NCBI GenBank assembly: GCA_903831095.1
Contig: CAIKWD010000026.1
Coordinates: 29,290-93,289, forward strand
Source of the DNA: Candidatus Staskawiczbacteria bacterium
GTDB lineage: Bacteria > Patescibacteriota > Minisyncoccia > Minisyncoccales > Staskawiczbacteraceae
Direction of reading: 5' to 3'
DNA: 64,000 nucleotides
Notes under the pieces: model-generated
Seen by the model: only the letters and a program-made list of their open reading frames with translations
Told to the model about the DNA's origin: nothing
The model's database searches: none
Program-made: the position numbers and the translations under genes
Shown: positions 63,851 to 64,000 of the stretch, piece after piece
Numbering within the stretch: the stretch's first letter is position 1
How the letters are laid out: every line of letters begins with the position of its first letter

Positions 63851-64000
63851 TTATTCTGCGCCTCTAACTGGAACAAAATGAAATTTTGGTACATCATGGC
63901 GTTTATCCTTCATAGCGCCTTCTGGCGAATCAGTAGTATTTATGTAATCCTCACCTCCTTCATCTGCAGTCCAATAAAGGGCTTTTTCAAATTTTCTTGC
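63851..64000 (-). CDS. C-terminal 49 aa of an unidentified protein (partial, runs off the window end)
   Basis: Open frame ending ...PKFHFVPVRGAE-stop at 63851. Not identifiable from this fragment. Confidence 0.35.
   Translation of the reverse strand, partial: ARKFEKALYWTADEGGEDYINTTDSPEGAMKDKRHDVPKFHFVPVRGAE

Noticed and set aside
1-64000. CRISPR arrays, integrases, transposases or a prophage
   Set aside because: No regularly spaced direct repeats were seen, and no ORF has recognisable recombinase, transposase or phage structural motifs. The only repeats are the short palindromic elements, the terminator hairpins and the L20-leader duplication.

Overview
The window is AT-rich (about 30-35% G+C by eye) and densely packed with short housekeeping genes, mostly on the minus strand. 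This layout is typical of a reduced Patescibacteria/CPR-like bacterial genome. Recognisable content includes many aminoacyl-tRNA synthetases (hisS, leuS, metG, glyQS-type glyS, ileS, argS), ribosomal proteins (S21, L35, L20, S20), infC, smpB followed by a tmRNA, a tRNA-Leu(CAA), topA, a compact mfd, rel, uvrB, ruvA, mutM, holA, recO, PolX, an EndoQ-like nuclease, glyA, tsaC, iorAB, ybeY, pth, lepB and a partial ftsA. No CRISPR array, integrase or transposase was seen. Several things stand out. (1) Two related families of short, very GC-rich palindromic elements centred on GGATCC sit IN-FRAME inside unrelated protein-coding genes. One family is in leuS and a pyrH-like kinase gene; the other is in ybeY and an H1-like gene, where the shared core is read in different frames. 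This resembles Rickettsia palindromic elements. (2) The roughly 105-nt rpmI-rplT spacer, including a conserved hairpin and the GTG start, is duplicated in inverted orientation directly upstream of an operon that begins with a histone-H1-like/EF-Tu-domain-2-like protein and includes an EndoQ-like nuclease. (3) A classic leader-peptide attenuator (MNYTVSQNIIIINLS followed by antiterminator and terminator hairpins) lies upstream of a compositionally atypical citramalate/isopropylmalate synthase gene. (4) A presenilin/SPP-like GxGD protease gene sits next to one member of a paralogous pair of small 4-TM proteins. (5) Several GC-richer genes may be horizontally acquired: an orphan at 4399-4857, a DUF1566-like gene, cimA/leuA, and a B12-dependent radical SAM gene.
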